Shown: piece after piece, positions 11,058 to 21,336 of the stretch
Layout: each line of letters opens with the position of its first letter
Position numbering within the stretch: position 1 is the first letter of the stretch
Notes under the pieces: model-generated
What the model saw: only the letters and a program-made list of their open reading frames with translations
Told to the model about the DNA's origin: nothing
The model's database searches: none
Assembly (NCBI GenBank): GCA_965203365.1
Contig: OZ241878.1
Span: forward strand, 40,541 to 104,540
Origin: Candidatus Poriferihabitaceae bacterium
Lineage (GTDB): Bacteria; Pseudomonadota; Gammaproteobacteria; Arenicellales; Poriferihabitantaceae
Direction of reading: 5' to 3'
DNA length: 64,000 bases
Program-made: the position numbers and the translations under genes

Positions 11058-11945
11058 GCAATGTACTTCTCTTCAACGCACAATTCGAGCGTGTCCTGAA
11101 GCACACCAAAAGGCCGTATGTTGAGAAGGCACCAGCGTCTCCGTTCGTCAAATGGGCTGGCGGGAAGCGTTCCCTGATTCCCGATATCGCCAAGTACTTC
11201 CCCGACAGGATCGGCACATATTGGGAGCCGTTTGTAGGCGGCGGCGCAGTGTTCTTCACCATGGCGAACAGGATAGATCGGGCTATCCTGTCCGATGCAA
11301 ACGAGGAGTTGATCCTTGCCTATCAGGCGGTCAAGTCGCAGGTAGATGACTTGATAGACGTACTTAAGGAGCACAAGAAAAAACATCTCAAGGATGATGG
11401 GTACTACAATCACGTCAGAGCGCAGTCCCCCGATGCCACGTTGGAGATTGCCGCGCGATTTCTGTATCTGAACAAGACCTGTTTCAACGGCCTGTATCGT
11501 GTCAACAAACAGGGCAAATTCAATGTTCCCAAGGGACGATACAAGAATCCTGATATCTGCAATGAGGACAGATTGAGAGCTGCCAGCAAGGTACTGGCAA
11601 AAGCCACGCTCCGCGTGGGTGACTTTGAAAAGGTCGTCAAGCCGGGGAGCGATGATTTCATCTACTGCGATCCTCCCTATGACGGCTGTTTCACAGGCTA
11701 CCAGGCGGGCGGATTCTCCGAGGATGACCAGCAGCGTCTCCGAATGGCAAGTGATTCTTGGGTAGAAAAAGGTGCCGACGTGATGATAAGTAACGCCGAC
11801 ACTTCACTTATAAGGCGAATGTATCGGGGGGGGGGGGCAGGGCAGGAAATACATCCTGCATGAAGTCGAAGCCCCACGCCTGATCAACCCCAGTGCTTCC
11901 GGGAGAGGGTCCGCCGCTGAGCTGATCATAACCAGTTATGGTTAG
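11054..11945 (+). pseudogene. Dam-family (D12/DpnM-like) N6-adenine DNA methyltransferase, frameshifted in a G12 tract (candidate phase-variable gene)
   Basis: KWAGGK, EPFVGGGAV, FLYLNKTCFNGLYRVN, DPPY, VMISN. The current frame stops at 11863; removing one G from 11826-11837 restores KYILHEVEAPRLINPSASGRGSAAELIITSYG* ending 11945. Confidence 0.9.
11826..11837 (+). repeat. Homopolymer G12 tract in the methyltransferase gene
   Basis: TATC-GGGGGGGGGGGG-CAGG; coincides with the reading-frame break. Confidence 0.95.
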
Positions 11946-12393
11946 GGGTGCCCGTGCCAATCGGCGGGGCCGGATACTTGAGAAGTTCGTCATTGACCTG
12001 CTGGACGAGGAATACCAGAAGGTCACGTCGGATCGCTTCTTTGCCCTTCGGGGCTTGCGGCAACCCATATTCGCCGAGCAATGCCATATAGGGCGCGATA
12101 TCTACGGCAAGACTCGTCGCGTTGACTTCATCCTCTACCACCCCCATCGATGGCCGGATTCCCTTGTCATCCAGTGCAAGTGGCAAGCCTCGCACGGAAG
12201 CGTCGAGGAGAAATATCCGTTTGAAGTCTTGTCAATTCAGATGAACGAGTTCAGCACCATCATTGTGCTGGACGGCGGCGGGTATACCCAGGGTGCAAAG
12301 CAATGGCTTGCTGGGCAGGCCGGTAAGAACAAGCTGATCCACGTCATGGATCAAGGAGAGATTCATAGGTTTTACAGCCAGGGGAGGTTGTAA
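11938..12393 (+). CDS. Small PD-(D/E)XK-superfamily nuclease, putative restriction endonuclease
   Basis: G..LE, VDF...LVIQCKWQ..GSVEEK, IIVLDGGGY motifs; directly downstream of the MTase and overlapping its restored stop. Confidence 0.75.
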   Translation: MVRGARANRRGRILEKFVIDLLDEEYQKVTSDRFFALRGLRQPIFAEQCHIGRDIYGKTRRVDFILYHPHRWPDSLVIQCKWQASHGSVEEKYPFEVLSIQMNEFSTIIVLDGGGYTQGAKQWLAGQAGKNKLIHVMDQGEIHRFYSQGRL

Positions 12394-12596
12394 TGGTGGA
12401 TGACTGCAAGCTACATAGAGGACAATGTTCTGAAACCGACCCAAATGTAAATCATATACTGGAACATTTGCCTGAAAACCAATCGGGTCCGGGCAGACAT
12501 AAATGTGCATACTGCGCCTATGAGAGAGGTAGGCAGGACTATAAACGACAGATTGCACATTTTCTTGCTTGCAAGGAAAGTGAGCTGCCAATATAA
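12393..12596 (+). CDS. Small Cys/His-rich hypothetical protein (67 aa)
   Basis: TAATG coupling to the nuclease; LPENQSGPGRHKCAYCAYERG motif with CxxC; lies inside the IS ends. Confidence 0.65.
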   Translation: MVDDCKLHRGQCSETDPNVNHILEHLPENQSGPGRHKCAYCAYERGRQDYKRQIAHFLACKESELPI

Positions 12597-13387
12597 ATTC
12601 ACTTATTAATTTAAGACAGGCTGTAGCGCAGGGAGCACATTTCCATGGCTATTCAACCAATCCCAGACACTGACTATTTTTTAGGATCGTCTTGTATATA
12701 AACCCCTAAATTATTAATTATTGTCTGATCGTGAAAGCCTTGGCCGCTACGTCGCGACCTTCGCTGACCCGGTGGACGATCGATTTTTTTTCACGAGACA
12801 AATTGTCCGTGACAGTGTAGCAGTATACATTCATCAACCTCCCTGCATGGAGAAGGGATCATTCTGGTCCGTTTTCCGAGTCGGTCTTGCATAGCTGATA
12901 TCCAGGTGCTCCCGACTCAAGGGGGAGCAACACCGTACGGTGTTGGGACCGTTCAGGACGATGCTGGCGATTGTGTTCATGGTGTCAGTGGATGGTTTGC
13001 ATTGACGGCCGAGGTCAGGCGCTTTGGGTCAGACGGTTCCAGCGATGGCGATACCTGATGAACCGTCCGCGCTACGTTTGTTGTCTTTCGGTCCTTAATG
13101 CCGATAGCGACTTATTCATTCCGGATGCAGCGGGGCGGCTCACCGAGTCCCACTGTGGTCTTTGGGCTGGGGTGATGAATGTTCGTCGGGCGGTTTCAGA
13201 TTCGTACCGTTTCGGATACGGTCGACAGGGGGTCACCGGATGACATCTGAACTAATGAGGTGCTGATCAACGGTATCAGGAATCACTGTATTCTCGATTC
13301 TCGAGCCAAGGCACCACCCGAACAAAGCCGTGTCAGGATGGACTGTCCTTCGTCGTGATGAGGCTGTGGCAGGGGTCGTAAAGCGTT

Positions 13388-14212
13388 TCAGCCCATCAGG
13401 TGGGTTCGGAAAAAAGATATGGTCCGATTCCAGGAAAGTGCGGCGTCATCAGCATCATAACGAGCACTGGTGGGGTTGGCGAATGCATGGTCCGCATCAT
13501 ACCAATGTATGGTCAGATCGGTTTTTCCAGCGGCTTGCATGGCTGCCTCGAATTGGTTGACCATGGATTGATTGATCCAGTTGTCCCGGGTGGCAAAGTG
13601 ACCAAGGACAGGGCTTTGCAACGACGTCAGGTCGACGGTGCTTTTCTCGACATTGCCGTAGTAAACCACGGTCGCATCCACAGGCGCGGCCAATGAAGCA
13701 TTGAGTGACCATCCGCCACCAAAGCACCAGCCGACGGTGCCCACCTTGCCGTTAGTGGCCGCATGGTCTTTCAAAAAATCAATCCAGCTGACCAACGTGT
13801 CGGTGGCCTCCGTCCCCTTCACCGCTTGCATCAGTGCTCGTGCGCGATCTGGGTTAGTAGCCATGTTTCCGTCATACAGATCCACCGCCAAGGCGACAAA
13901 GCCGAGATTGGCCAACTCGGCAGCGACAGACCTGATCTGGTCATTCAGCCCCCACCATTCATGAATCAGGAGTACAGCCGGTGCATGGGCAGCATCTGGT
14001 ATGGCGAGGGCGGCAGAGACGGTTCGGCCCGCTTGGGTGCTTATGTGGATGGTGTCGATACGACCTGCGGCTGCCTGACTGAGGTCGGGATATGCCAGTA
14101 CCGTCGCCAGAGGTAGGGAGGCCAGACCTTTGAGAAAAAGACGACGGTCGGTGTCTGAAACCGGGATCCGTGGCATTTTTTGGTGATTGCCACAACCCTT
14201 GATATCACACAT
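13388..14212 (-). CDS. Dienelactone hydrolase family protein, Tat-exported
   Basis: DRRLFLKG twin-arginine motif, IHEWWGLN, GWCFGG nucleophile, HAFAN; start could be 14176. Confidence 0.9.
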   Translation of the reverse strand: MCDIKGCGNHQKMPRIPVSDTDRRLFLKGLASLPLATVLAYPDLSQAAAGRIDTIHISTQAGRTVSAALAIPDAAHAPAVLLIHEWWGLNDQIRSVAAELANLGFVALAVDLYDGNMATNPDRARALMQAVKGTEATDTLVSWIDFLKDHAATNGKVGTVGWCFGGGWSLNASLAAPVDATVVYYGNVEKSTVDLTSLQSPVLGHFATRDNWINQSMVNQFEAAMQAAGKTDLTIHWYDADHAFANPTSARYDADDAALSWNRTISFFRTHLMG

Positions 14213-14614
14213 AATGCAATTTGGATCCTCAAGCAAGATAACGGTATAGCCATGGAAAACCCAAGGCATCGGCTGCAGCACCTGATGCGGTCTACAGTCC
14301 TAGGACTATACTATAACCCAATTGGAATGAACCTTTTCCTCATTCAGTTCAACACTCCGGTCAATCGGTGATTCGAGTGTTCCGTCTCGATGGACGTCAC
14401 TTGTGAGAGTTCAAGGCCGCAGGGACGGCCGCGAGAGTGTCTGGTCCTACCCATTTCGCCGAAAATCGCGCCTAACCCCGAATCAATGGGTGGGTGATAG
14501 ATGGGTGTGCGGGTTCACTACCCACTGGATGACTCCAGTGCATGAGATCCATCATCCGGTGGCTTGATAGCCTATAATTCGCTCCATTTTGAATTGTCGA
14601 TCACTCCGATAACC

Positions 14615-16783
14615 ATGTCAGACCGAATCCAAATCAACGCCCTTCATATTGACAGGAATCTTCATGACTATGTGGTCAATGAAATACTCCCGGGAACCGG
14701 TGTGGAAGCGAATCGGTTCTGGAATGGGCTGGAGACCCTTGTGAAGAACTTGGGGCCGAAAAATCGCGAGTTGTTGAATCAGCGGGATAGGCTCCAGGCT
14801 GCGCTGGATACTTGGCATACAAACCACCCTTGGGATGGTCAGTTGGAAGCCTATAGACAGTACCTGGCAGAAATCGGCTATCTGGAGCCAGAAGGGGACG
14901 ATTTCATGGTCACCACCTGCCATGTCGACGAGGAAGTCACGACCATTGCCGGGCCGCAGTTGGTGGTGCCTGTTGACAACGCCCGCTATGCTCTCAACGC
15001 TGCCAATGCGCGCTGGAACAGCCTTTATGATGCACTGTATGGTACGGATGTAATTCTTGAGGTACACGGTTGCAAGCGCACGGCAAAATACAATCCCGTG
15101 CGGGGGGTCAGGGTCATCGAATATGCGCGTCGATTTCTGGATGCTGCGGTCCCTCTGGCAGTGGGAAGCCACAGCTATGTGACTCAATATAAGGTACGTT
15201 CGGGCAAACTGGTGGCTGTGATGGGCGATGGCACGGAAACCGGTCTGGGCGCCCGGGAATGTTTTGCCGGTATTCGTGGCGAGCCGGAATCACCGGAAGC
15301 CATTCTTTTCCGGCACAACAATCTGCATATCGAGATCCTCATTGGCGAAGGTTACTACATCGGCCGTGGCGACTTGGCGGGTATCTACGATATACAGCTT
15401 GAAGCGGCCATTACCACCATCATGGATTGTGAGGATTCCGTGGCGGCGGTAGACGCGGCCGACAAGGTGCGTGTGTACCGAAATTGGCATGGCCTGATGA
15501 AAGGCGACCTGACCACCGGGGTAAAAAAAGGGGGGGAGGTCATCCAACGGGTTCTTGAGGAAGATCGACAGTATCGTGCTCCGGACGGTTCCCCGCTGAC
15601 ATTGCCGGGCCGCAGCTTGATGTTCATCCGTCATGTTGGCACGCATATGTATACCGACGCCGTGACCTGCGATGGCCACGAAATTCCCGAAACCTTCTTG
15701 GATGCCATGGTGACGGTCGCATCGGCGAAACATGACCTGATGGGTAATGGACGATACCGTAACAGCCGTAGTGGGAGTGTGTATATTGTCAAGCCGAAGA
15801 TGCACGGATCTTCCGAAGTGGCTGCCGCTGTGGAATTGTTCGAGCGGGTGGAAGAGATTCTCGGACTTGAAAAAAATACTCTCAAGATCGGCATTATGGA
15901 CGAAGAACGGCGGACTACCGTCAACCTGAAAGCATGCATTCGTGCGGCCAAAGACCGGGTGGTTTTCATCAATACCGGGTTCCTGGATCGCACCGGTGAC
16001 GAAATTCATACTTGCATGCAGGCCGGTCCGGTATTGATGAAAAACGATATGAAGTCCGCCCCTTGGCTGTCGGCCTATGAAGACTCGAATGTGGATATCG
16101 GGCTGGAATGCGGGTTGCCTGGGCATGCCCAGATCGGCAAGGGCATGTGGGCCGCACCGGACAACATGGCTGCCATGATGGAGCAGAAAGTGGGCCATCC
16201 ACGGGCGGGCGCCAATACCGCCTGGGTTCCCTCTCCTGTGGCGGCGACCCTGCACGCCATGCACTATCACCAAGTGAATGTGCAGCAGCGGCAGAAGGAA
16301 CTCAGGGTGTTGGGAAACGAGAGTCTTGAGGATATCCTGACCATTCCCCTGCTGGGAGGTCGACAACCGTCCGATGGGGAAATCATGCGAGAATTGGAGA
16401 ACAATGCCCAAGGCATCCTGGGTTATGTGGTTCGCTGGATTGATCAGGGGGTGGGATGCTCAAAGGTGCCGGATATCCATGATGTCGAGTTGATGGAGGA
16501 TCGGGCCACATTGAGGATCTCGAGTCAACACATTGCCAATTGGCTGCATCATGGTGTCTGCACTCGAGAACAAGTGCTTTCGGTGTTCGAGAAAATGGCA
16601 CTTGTGGTCGATCGTCAGAACAGCGAGGATCCCGACTATATCCCCATGGCTCCTGCTTTTGAGGGCCCGGCATTCCAGGCTGCACTCGACCTCGTTTTCG
16701 GTGGCCGACAAGCGGCCAATGGCTACACTGAACCGACGTTGCACCGCCGACGCCGGGAAGCCAAGAAGCGGTCAGGTCGATAG
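14615..16783 (+). CDS. glcB: Malate synthase G
   Basis: [58 protein letters not shown]. Confidence 0.97.
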   Translation: MSDRIQINALHIDRNLHDYVVNEILPGTGVEANRFWNGLETLVKNLGPKNRELLNQRDRLQAALDTWHTNHPWDGQLEAYRQYLAEIGYLEPEGDDFMVTTCHVDEEVTTIAGPQLVVPVDNARYALNAANARWNSLYDALYGTDVILEVHGCKRTAKYNPVRGVRVIEYARRFLDAAVPLAVGSHSYVTQYKVRSGKLVAVMGDGTETGLGARECFAGIRGEPESPEAILFRHNNLHIEILIGEGYYIGRGDLAGIYDIQLEAAITTIMDCEDSVAAVDAADKVRVYRNWHGLMKGDLTTGVKKGGEVIQRVLEEDRQYRAPDGSPLTLPGRSLMFIRHVGTHMYTDAVTCDGHEIPETFLDAMVTVASAKHDLMGNGRYRNSRSGSVYIVKPKMHGSSEVAAAVELFERVEEILGLEKNTLKIGIMDEERRTTVNLKACIRAAKDRVVFINTGFLDRTGDEIHTCMQAGPVLMKNDMKSAPWLSAYEDSNVDIGLECGLPGHAQIGKGMWAAPDNMAAMMEQKVGHPRAGANTAWVPSPVAATLHAMHYHQVNVQQRQKELRVLGNESLEDILTIPLLGGRQPSDGEIMRELENNAQGILGYVVRWIDQGVGCSKVPDIHDVELMEDRATLRISSQHIANWLHHGVCTREQVLSVFEKMALVVDRQNSEDPDYIPMAPAFEGPAFQAALDLVFGGRQAANGYTEPTLHRRRREAKKRSGR

Positions 16784-16909
16784 CGGGACATTCTTAGTTG
16801 AGTGAGTGCAGTTGATGCGTTTCTGGTGTCGATGAAGGTCGAGCTGATCGAATTGACGGTATCTCCCACCCCCATCCTTGGGTAAACTATACCCTGCAGC
16901 GTGAATCAG

Positions 16910-16986
16910 GCGCCCGTAGCTCAGCTGGATAGAGTGCTGCCCTCCGGAGGCAGAGGTCAGAGGTTCGAATCCTCTCGGGCGCGCCA
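16910..16986 (+). tRNA. tRNA-Arg (CCG)
   Basis: GCGCCCG acceptor stem, D-arm TAGCTCAGCTGGATAGAG, anticodon arm CTGCC-CTCCGGA-GGCAG, GGTTCGAATCC T-loop, encoded CCA. Confidence 0.97.
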
Positions 16987-17335
16987 AATATCGCAATAAA
17001 TACAAATATTTATGACTTTTTCATGTTTTGCTAATTTACCTTGACGGTGTGCATGGAAGCAATACGGAAGCAGATTTTTCCAAAGTGAGGCATCGAAGGC
17101 CAAAGCTTTGATGCCTGTTTGGTGGCGCGGTCGGCTCAAACATGCACCTTGCTGCGCCTTGGAGTCGTTCAATAGAAGATCCGCTTCACGCCCTCATGCC
17201 GGTCGCATTGAATTTGCTACGTGTTCCCGAAAAAGGAGTCGTTCGTGGAGAGCTAATCGAACGCTCGAGAAGGGCAGGATTTGGACCTTTAATGCGGTTG
17301 CTAAGCCCTAGGGCGCCGGGAAGTTGGGATTCCTC

Positions 17336-19156
17336 CTATTTCTCGGAAATCAGCAGCACACACAGGTCACCTTTTGGTGTCAAAATCGTCGTACGCTGCC
17401 GCCCTCTGGTGACGCTTACCCTAAAATTCTGGCGTGATCCGTCGTTGATTTCGGCACGATCGTTGTTGCGCACAATACGGTCGAGGTTTGCGACGATCTT
17501 TCCCTTTTTCCTGCGCGGCCAGCCTTCGAAGATGATGACTTCGTCGAATTGCTTTCCCTTGGCCTTGTGCATGTTCATAACAATCACACCGGTCTCGGGT
17601 TTGCTTCCTGTCGCGAAATGCTCTTGGACAAAAGCCTGCTGAACGATTGCATGGGCGTTCGCATAGGAGCCGTTATCCAGCCAGTCTTGAGCGAGATCCT
17701 GACGCAGCTGACCTCCGCGTTCCAGTAGACGAATGTTGCGAATCTCCAGACCGATCTCCTTGAGACGCGAGCAGGTGCCTGCTTCTAATGCGGCGCGTAC
17801 AGCCCGCCAATCCTTGTCCGGGTCACCGGTCATGGGAAATGTCTGCGCTTGGGCATAGACCGACGCAAGAGTATGGATCAAACTTTTGGCATGCGGTTTC
17901 TTCCCAGCGGCAAGTGCCGCAAGCCACTTGTCGTAGGCACTACGGACAGCTGCCGCCTCTTTAAGAGCGCCGTTTGTCGGGCGATCCCCGCCCTTCCCCT
18001 GAAAGTAGTTGCAGACCAGATCAATGAATTCGGAGAAATGGCTACCGTCCATGTCAGGCTGCATCAAATGCGCGATAATTTCTGATCCGAGAATAGCCGC
18101 TTCGAGTTCAATGACAGCGGTATGAGCAATGGGCTGCATTCCGGCAGGCGGTTCCCGGAATTTGTCAGAAACGAGACGGGTCATTTTCTTCGTTGGCACC
18201 AGGACAGCCAAGGACCAATCAGATTTGCCGGATGCAACAAGACGTTTACGGGCTGCATAGGTGGTCGTAACCAGCTTGGTCATGGCCCGGTCCGGGAATG
18301 GGTCGAAAAGCTCGAAATCGACACCGGTGTAGGAACTCTGGCAAAAAGTCCCCTTCAGAATGTCGTTTGCGAATATGGCGATGTCCGTACTGCCACTCCG
18401 GTGGTTGTCGGTACTGAAGTCGATCTCGCTTGGGCTAAAGGCGTCCCGGTAATGATTCAGTCGTTCCGGATCGGCCCCAATGAAATCGAAAATGCGTTGC
18501 TCTGGGTCGGCAAGTGCAATGAGGCGACAGAAGGCTCCGAGCGCCTGAATCACACGCCATTGCTCTGAGTTAGTATCCTGAAATTCATCGAGGATGATAA
18601 CGGGATACATGGTGGCCATAAGCCGCCTCAGTGTCTCGCTCCCATGCAGCAGATCACCGACATATGGCGCGAAGAGGTCAAAGCAGACGCGGCCCTCGTC
18701 AGTGGTCAGACGGTATCTCTCAGACGTCTCCGCCGCTCGCTTTGCCTGTTTCTGAGGGTCGGTCAGTTTGTTGTCGGATCCGTGACCATTGCGGATATCC
18801 GAAAGGGCAATCGCTTCGGCCGAAGGCGTAAGAATCGTAAGTTCCCTCGGAAGCCCTGCGAGGTAACCGTGCGCTTTGAGGATGCGCCAAAAGAAGGAAT
18901 GGTAGGTCTCAACGTCTATCCGACGTTTGATTTCCTTGGGGATTTCTTGCTCAAACTCGATGGCTTCCACCACCCGAGATACTGTCGCTCTGGCAAAGCT
19001 CAGAAACAGCACTTTTTGACCTGGCCGGATGATGATCTCGGCAACCTGAGCGGCCTTGAATATGGAAATGGTTGTCTTGCCGGATCCAGGCCCTCCAGTA
19101 ACAAGGAGGTGGCCATCAGCATCCAAGACCTGAATTTGCTTTTCAGTCAGCTCCAT
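17336..19156 (-). CDS. UvrD/Rep SF1 helicase, Gabija GajB-like
   Basis: GGPGSGKTT, ETYHSF, ILDEFQDT, DPEQRIF, NHRS, MHKAKGKQFD, VSVTRGR; overlaps the upstream OLD nuclease gene. Confidence 0.85.
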   Translation of the reverse strand: MELTEKQIQVLDADGHLLVTGGPGSGKTTISIFKAAQVAEIIIRPGQKVLFLSFARATVSRVVEAIEFEQEIPKEIKRRIDVETYHSFFWRILKAHGYLAGLPRELTILTPSAEAIALSDIRNGHGSDNKLTDPQKQAKRAAETSERYRLTTDEGRVCFDLFAPYVGDLLHGSETLRRLMATMYPVIILDEFQDTNSEQWRVIQALGAFCRLIALADPEQRIFDFIGADPERLNHYRDAFSPSEIDFSTDNHRSGSTDIAIFANDILKGTFCQSSYTGVDFELFDPFPDRAMTKLVTTTYAARKRLVASGKSDWSLAVLVPTKKMTRLVSDKFREPPAGMQPIAHTAVIELEAAILGSEIIAHLMQPDMDGSHFSEFIDLVCNYFQGKGGDRPTNGALKEAAAVRSAYDKWLAALAAGKKPHAKSLIHTLASVYAQAQTFPMTGDPDKDWRAVRAALEAGTCSRLKEIGLEIRNIRLLERGGQLRQDLAQDWLDNGSYANAHAIVQQAFVQEHFATGSKPETGVIVMNMHKAKGKQFDEVIIFEGWPRRKKGKIVANLDRIVRNNDRAEINDGSRQNFRVSVTRGRQRTTILTPKGDLCVLLISEK

Positions 19157-21023
19157 CCGAAGACACCCCCGGATCAGCATCGCTCTCGCCGACGAGTTCA
19201 GCCGCTTCATCCAAAGGCAGGGCTGGGTCGCAGGCTGCTTTCAGTTGAGCACAGGCGTTACGCACCCACTCCGGGATTTCATCCTCTGTGCACTGCGCGA
19301 AGAAGTCGGCGATGCCCCAATTCCCCTTAGACCACGAGAAATAATCGGCAAGGGCATTGAAAACAACAGCCGATGGGTCCGGATACTTTGCAGTCAGGTG
19401 ACCCGGCCAATCGAGAAGAACGGCGAAGTGCTTGAGTGCATCTTCAGTTGTGCCTTTCAGCACTACATCTTCGAAGTCCTTTTCGGCATGCATGAGCAGG
19501 ATATCGACTTCCGCTTCGATCAGGGCCTGGTTCGCGGCGTCCTGTTGGTCGCATAGAGCGAAAGTGCGTTTTCCGAGTTCCCGATACAGCTTTGCCATGC
19601 CCGGGATGTTTTTCTCTCCATCCGCATCGACAACGCAAATGCCCAAGGCTTCAAGGGAACTGTATGTACAAGGATTGATTTCTGCGAGCCTTCGACACGC
19701 CACTGGAAGGGCGGAGGCTTCCGTAGGGCCTTCGGCAATCAGGACCCGGCGTGCCAGCAGCCCTTCGCAGAAGCGGGTTCGGAATTCCTGCCGATAGCGC
19801 TTCAGCTTGACATTATCTGGAAGCTCTATCGGCTTTCGAGAAAGAACCCCATTCGTGTCACGACCGAGAACAACGGTTTCCCCCGTCGCGAATTCCTCAA
19901 GCACATATGGCGAATGAGAAGTGATGATGGCTTGCGAGGCCAGTTTTCGGATTTCGTGCACAATCCTTTTCTGCGCATAGGGCGGGATGGCCGTTTCCGG
20001 TTCCTCCATCGCAAAGATGACGTTCTGCTTATCGGCTGCGATCTGGGACAGCATGGCAAGAACCAGCATGTTGATGGTGCCGGTTCCCTGTCTGAAATAA
20101 GGCGCAGCATGTTTGCCTTCACCGGTGGCAATAAACGCCGTTATCACCTTGCGGAGGTGGTCACGGGTCAGATTGGATACCTTCAGATGTGGCTCGACGC
20201 CCCATTCCTTGGGGACGTACTTCTTTAGTGCTTTGTTGATGCTCTCAAGAACACCTGAAATGCCGAGAGCCGGGTCGGCGGCAACCGAATACTCAGCGAG
20301 TGTTCCCAAGATATCTTCCCACATCTGCGGGCGCACTTCCTTGAGCCGAAGAATGATATCGAGAAGGCTTCCCCGTTCGAGGCTCAATGCCCGTGAACCC
20401 GTTCTGATTGATCGCAGATACAAGAAGCCGCATATCTGCTTGTCTTTCTTGCTGAAGGGGACAGGAGAACCGCCTTCGGAAAGGCTTCGGGAAAAGTATG
20501 TTCGCCCCTCAAAGTCATCTTCTTCGGGGTCGTACCAACCGTGGAAGGTGACACGAAGCGCCTCTGCGACATGGGTAGGATCGACGCCAGCAGGGTCGGG
20601 CTGGTTGTAGAAGGCATCGGTGTTTGAATCCCAGAATTCAAGATAGTCGCCGAAGCGGGCCTTCTGCTCTTCAGAGAGGTCCGTTACCGTCACTTCAATC
20701 TCAATGCGCAGCGCTTCATCGTCCGCCGCATTCTCAGGCTCACCTTCTATCGCTTCACCGTCACCCTGCTTTGGTGCGACATCCTCACCCGTGGTCGGCG
20801 TTTCAGGCGTTGCTTTGGCGAGATATCGACCCTGATAGAAGTCATGTTCATCAATTGGCGGCGTGCGGTTTAGGCGGTCTGGACCTAGCGCAAGGTCAAG
20901 CGACTCAAGGATTGTAGTCTTGCCAGTATTATTGTCGCCGATAAGCACAGCGTGATGCGGAAGCATGATCGTCGCGTCTTTGACGCCTCGAAAATGGCTG
21001 ACTTTGACGCGACAGGCTCTCAA
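19143..21023 (-). CDS. OLD-family ATP-dependent nuclease (ABC ATPase + TOPRIM), Gabija GajA-like
   Basis: HFRG, GDNNTGKT, QGTG, MEEPE, TSHSP; TOPRIM AEGPTE and D.QD; TTG start after AGGAGAGAGG. Confidence 0.87.
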   Translation of the reverse strand: MRACRVKVSHFRGVKDATIMLPHHAVLIGDNNTGKTTILESLDLALGPDRLNRTPPIDEHDFYQGRYLAKATPETPTTGEDVAPKQGDGEAIEGEPENAADDEALRIEIEVTVTDLSEEQKARFGDYLEFWDSNTDAFYNQPDPAGVDPTHVAEALRVTFHGWYDPEEDDFEGRTYFSRSLSEGGSPVPFSKKDKQICGFLYLRSIRTGSRALSLERGSLLDIILRLKEVRPQMWEDILGTLAEYSVAADPALGISGVLESINKALKKYVPKEWGVEPHLKVSNLTRDHLRKVITAFIATGEGKHAAPYFRQGTGTINMLVLAMLSQIAADKQNVIFAMEEPETAIPPYAQKRIVHEIRKLASQAIITSHSPYVLEEFATGETVVLGRDTNGVLSRKPIELPDNVKLKRYRQEFRTRFCEGLLARRVLIAEGPTEASALPVACRRLAEINPCTYSSLEALGICVVDADGEKNIPGMAKLYRELGKRTFALCDQQDAANQALIEAEVDILLMHAEKDFEDVVLKGTTEDALKHFAVLLDWPGHLTAKYPDPSAVVFNALADYFSWSKGNWGIADFFAQCTEDEIPEWVRNACAQLKAACDPALPLDEAAELVGESDADPGVSSDGAD

Positions 21024-21336
21024 TACCTCTCTCCTTCTGTGAGTTAGATTTCCCACCTCCGAGTGTATCGGGTTTGCAAAGAACTGTCAGTAGAGAGGTA
21101 GCGCGGCCTTGGTGATAATTGCAGCTCGCAGAGGGTGTCGGTCCGCTTCTTACTCGCCCGAGTGGACGGTCCGGCGCCTGGAACTTGCGAAGTCGGCGCT
21201 GCTGACGAATGGCCGTCTGGGGCCGTTAGTGAAAACGGAGACTGCAAGGATCGATGTCTGCTTCACCCGTTGTCGGTGCAGAAAACCGATGATCTCCTCC
21301 CGACCCTATTTCTTCCGCTCAGAGTAATAACTGAGC

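Larger units (their letters stand above)
10083..12706 (+). mobile_element. IS1595-family transporter IS carrying a methyltransferase/nuclease passenger operon
   Basis: TIRs GGGAATTATATACTTGATGAACCTA (10083) and reverse complement GGGGTTTATATACAAGACGATCCTA (ending 12706), 19/25 identical; exact 8-bp TSD TAAATTAT at 10075-10082 and 12707-12714. Confidence 0.92.

Noticed and set aside
12720-13380. Short ORFs right of the IS1595 element
   Set aside because: No recognisable product; outside the TSD, so not cargo
15523-15537. A6/G7 run in glcB as a phase-variation site
   Set aside because: Short, in frame, and the gene is intact
15290-16411. 373-aa minus-strand ORF
   Set aside because: Antisense shadow of glcB with no recognisable motifs
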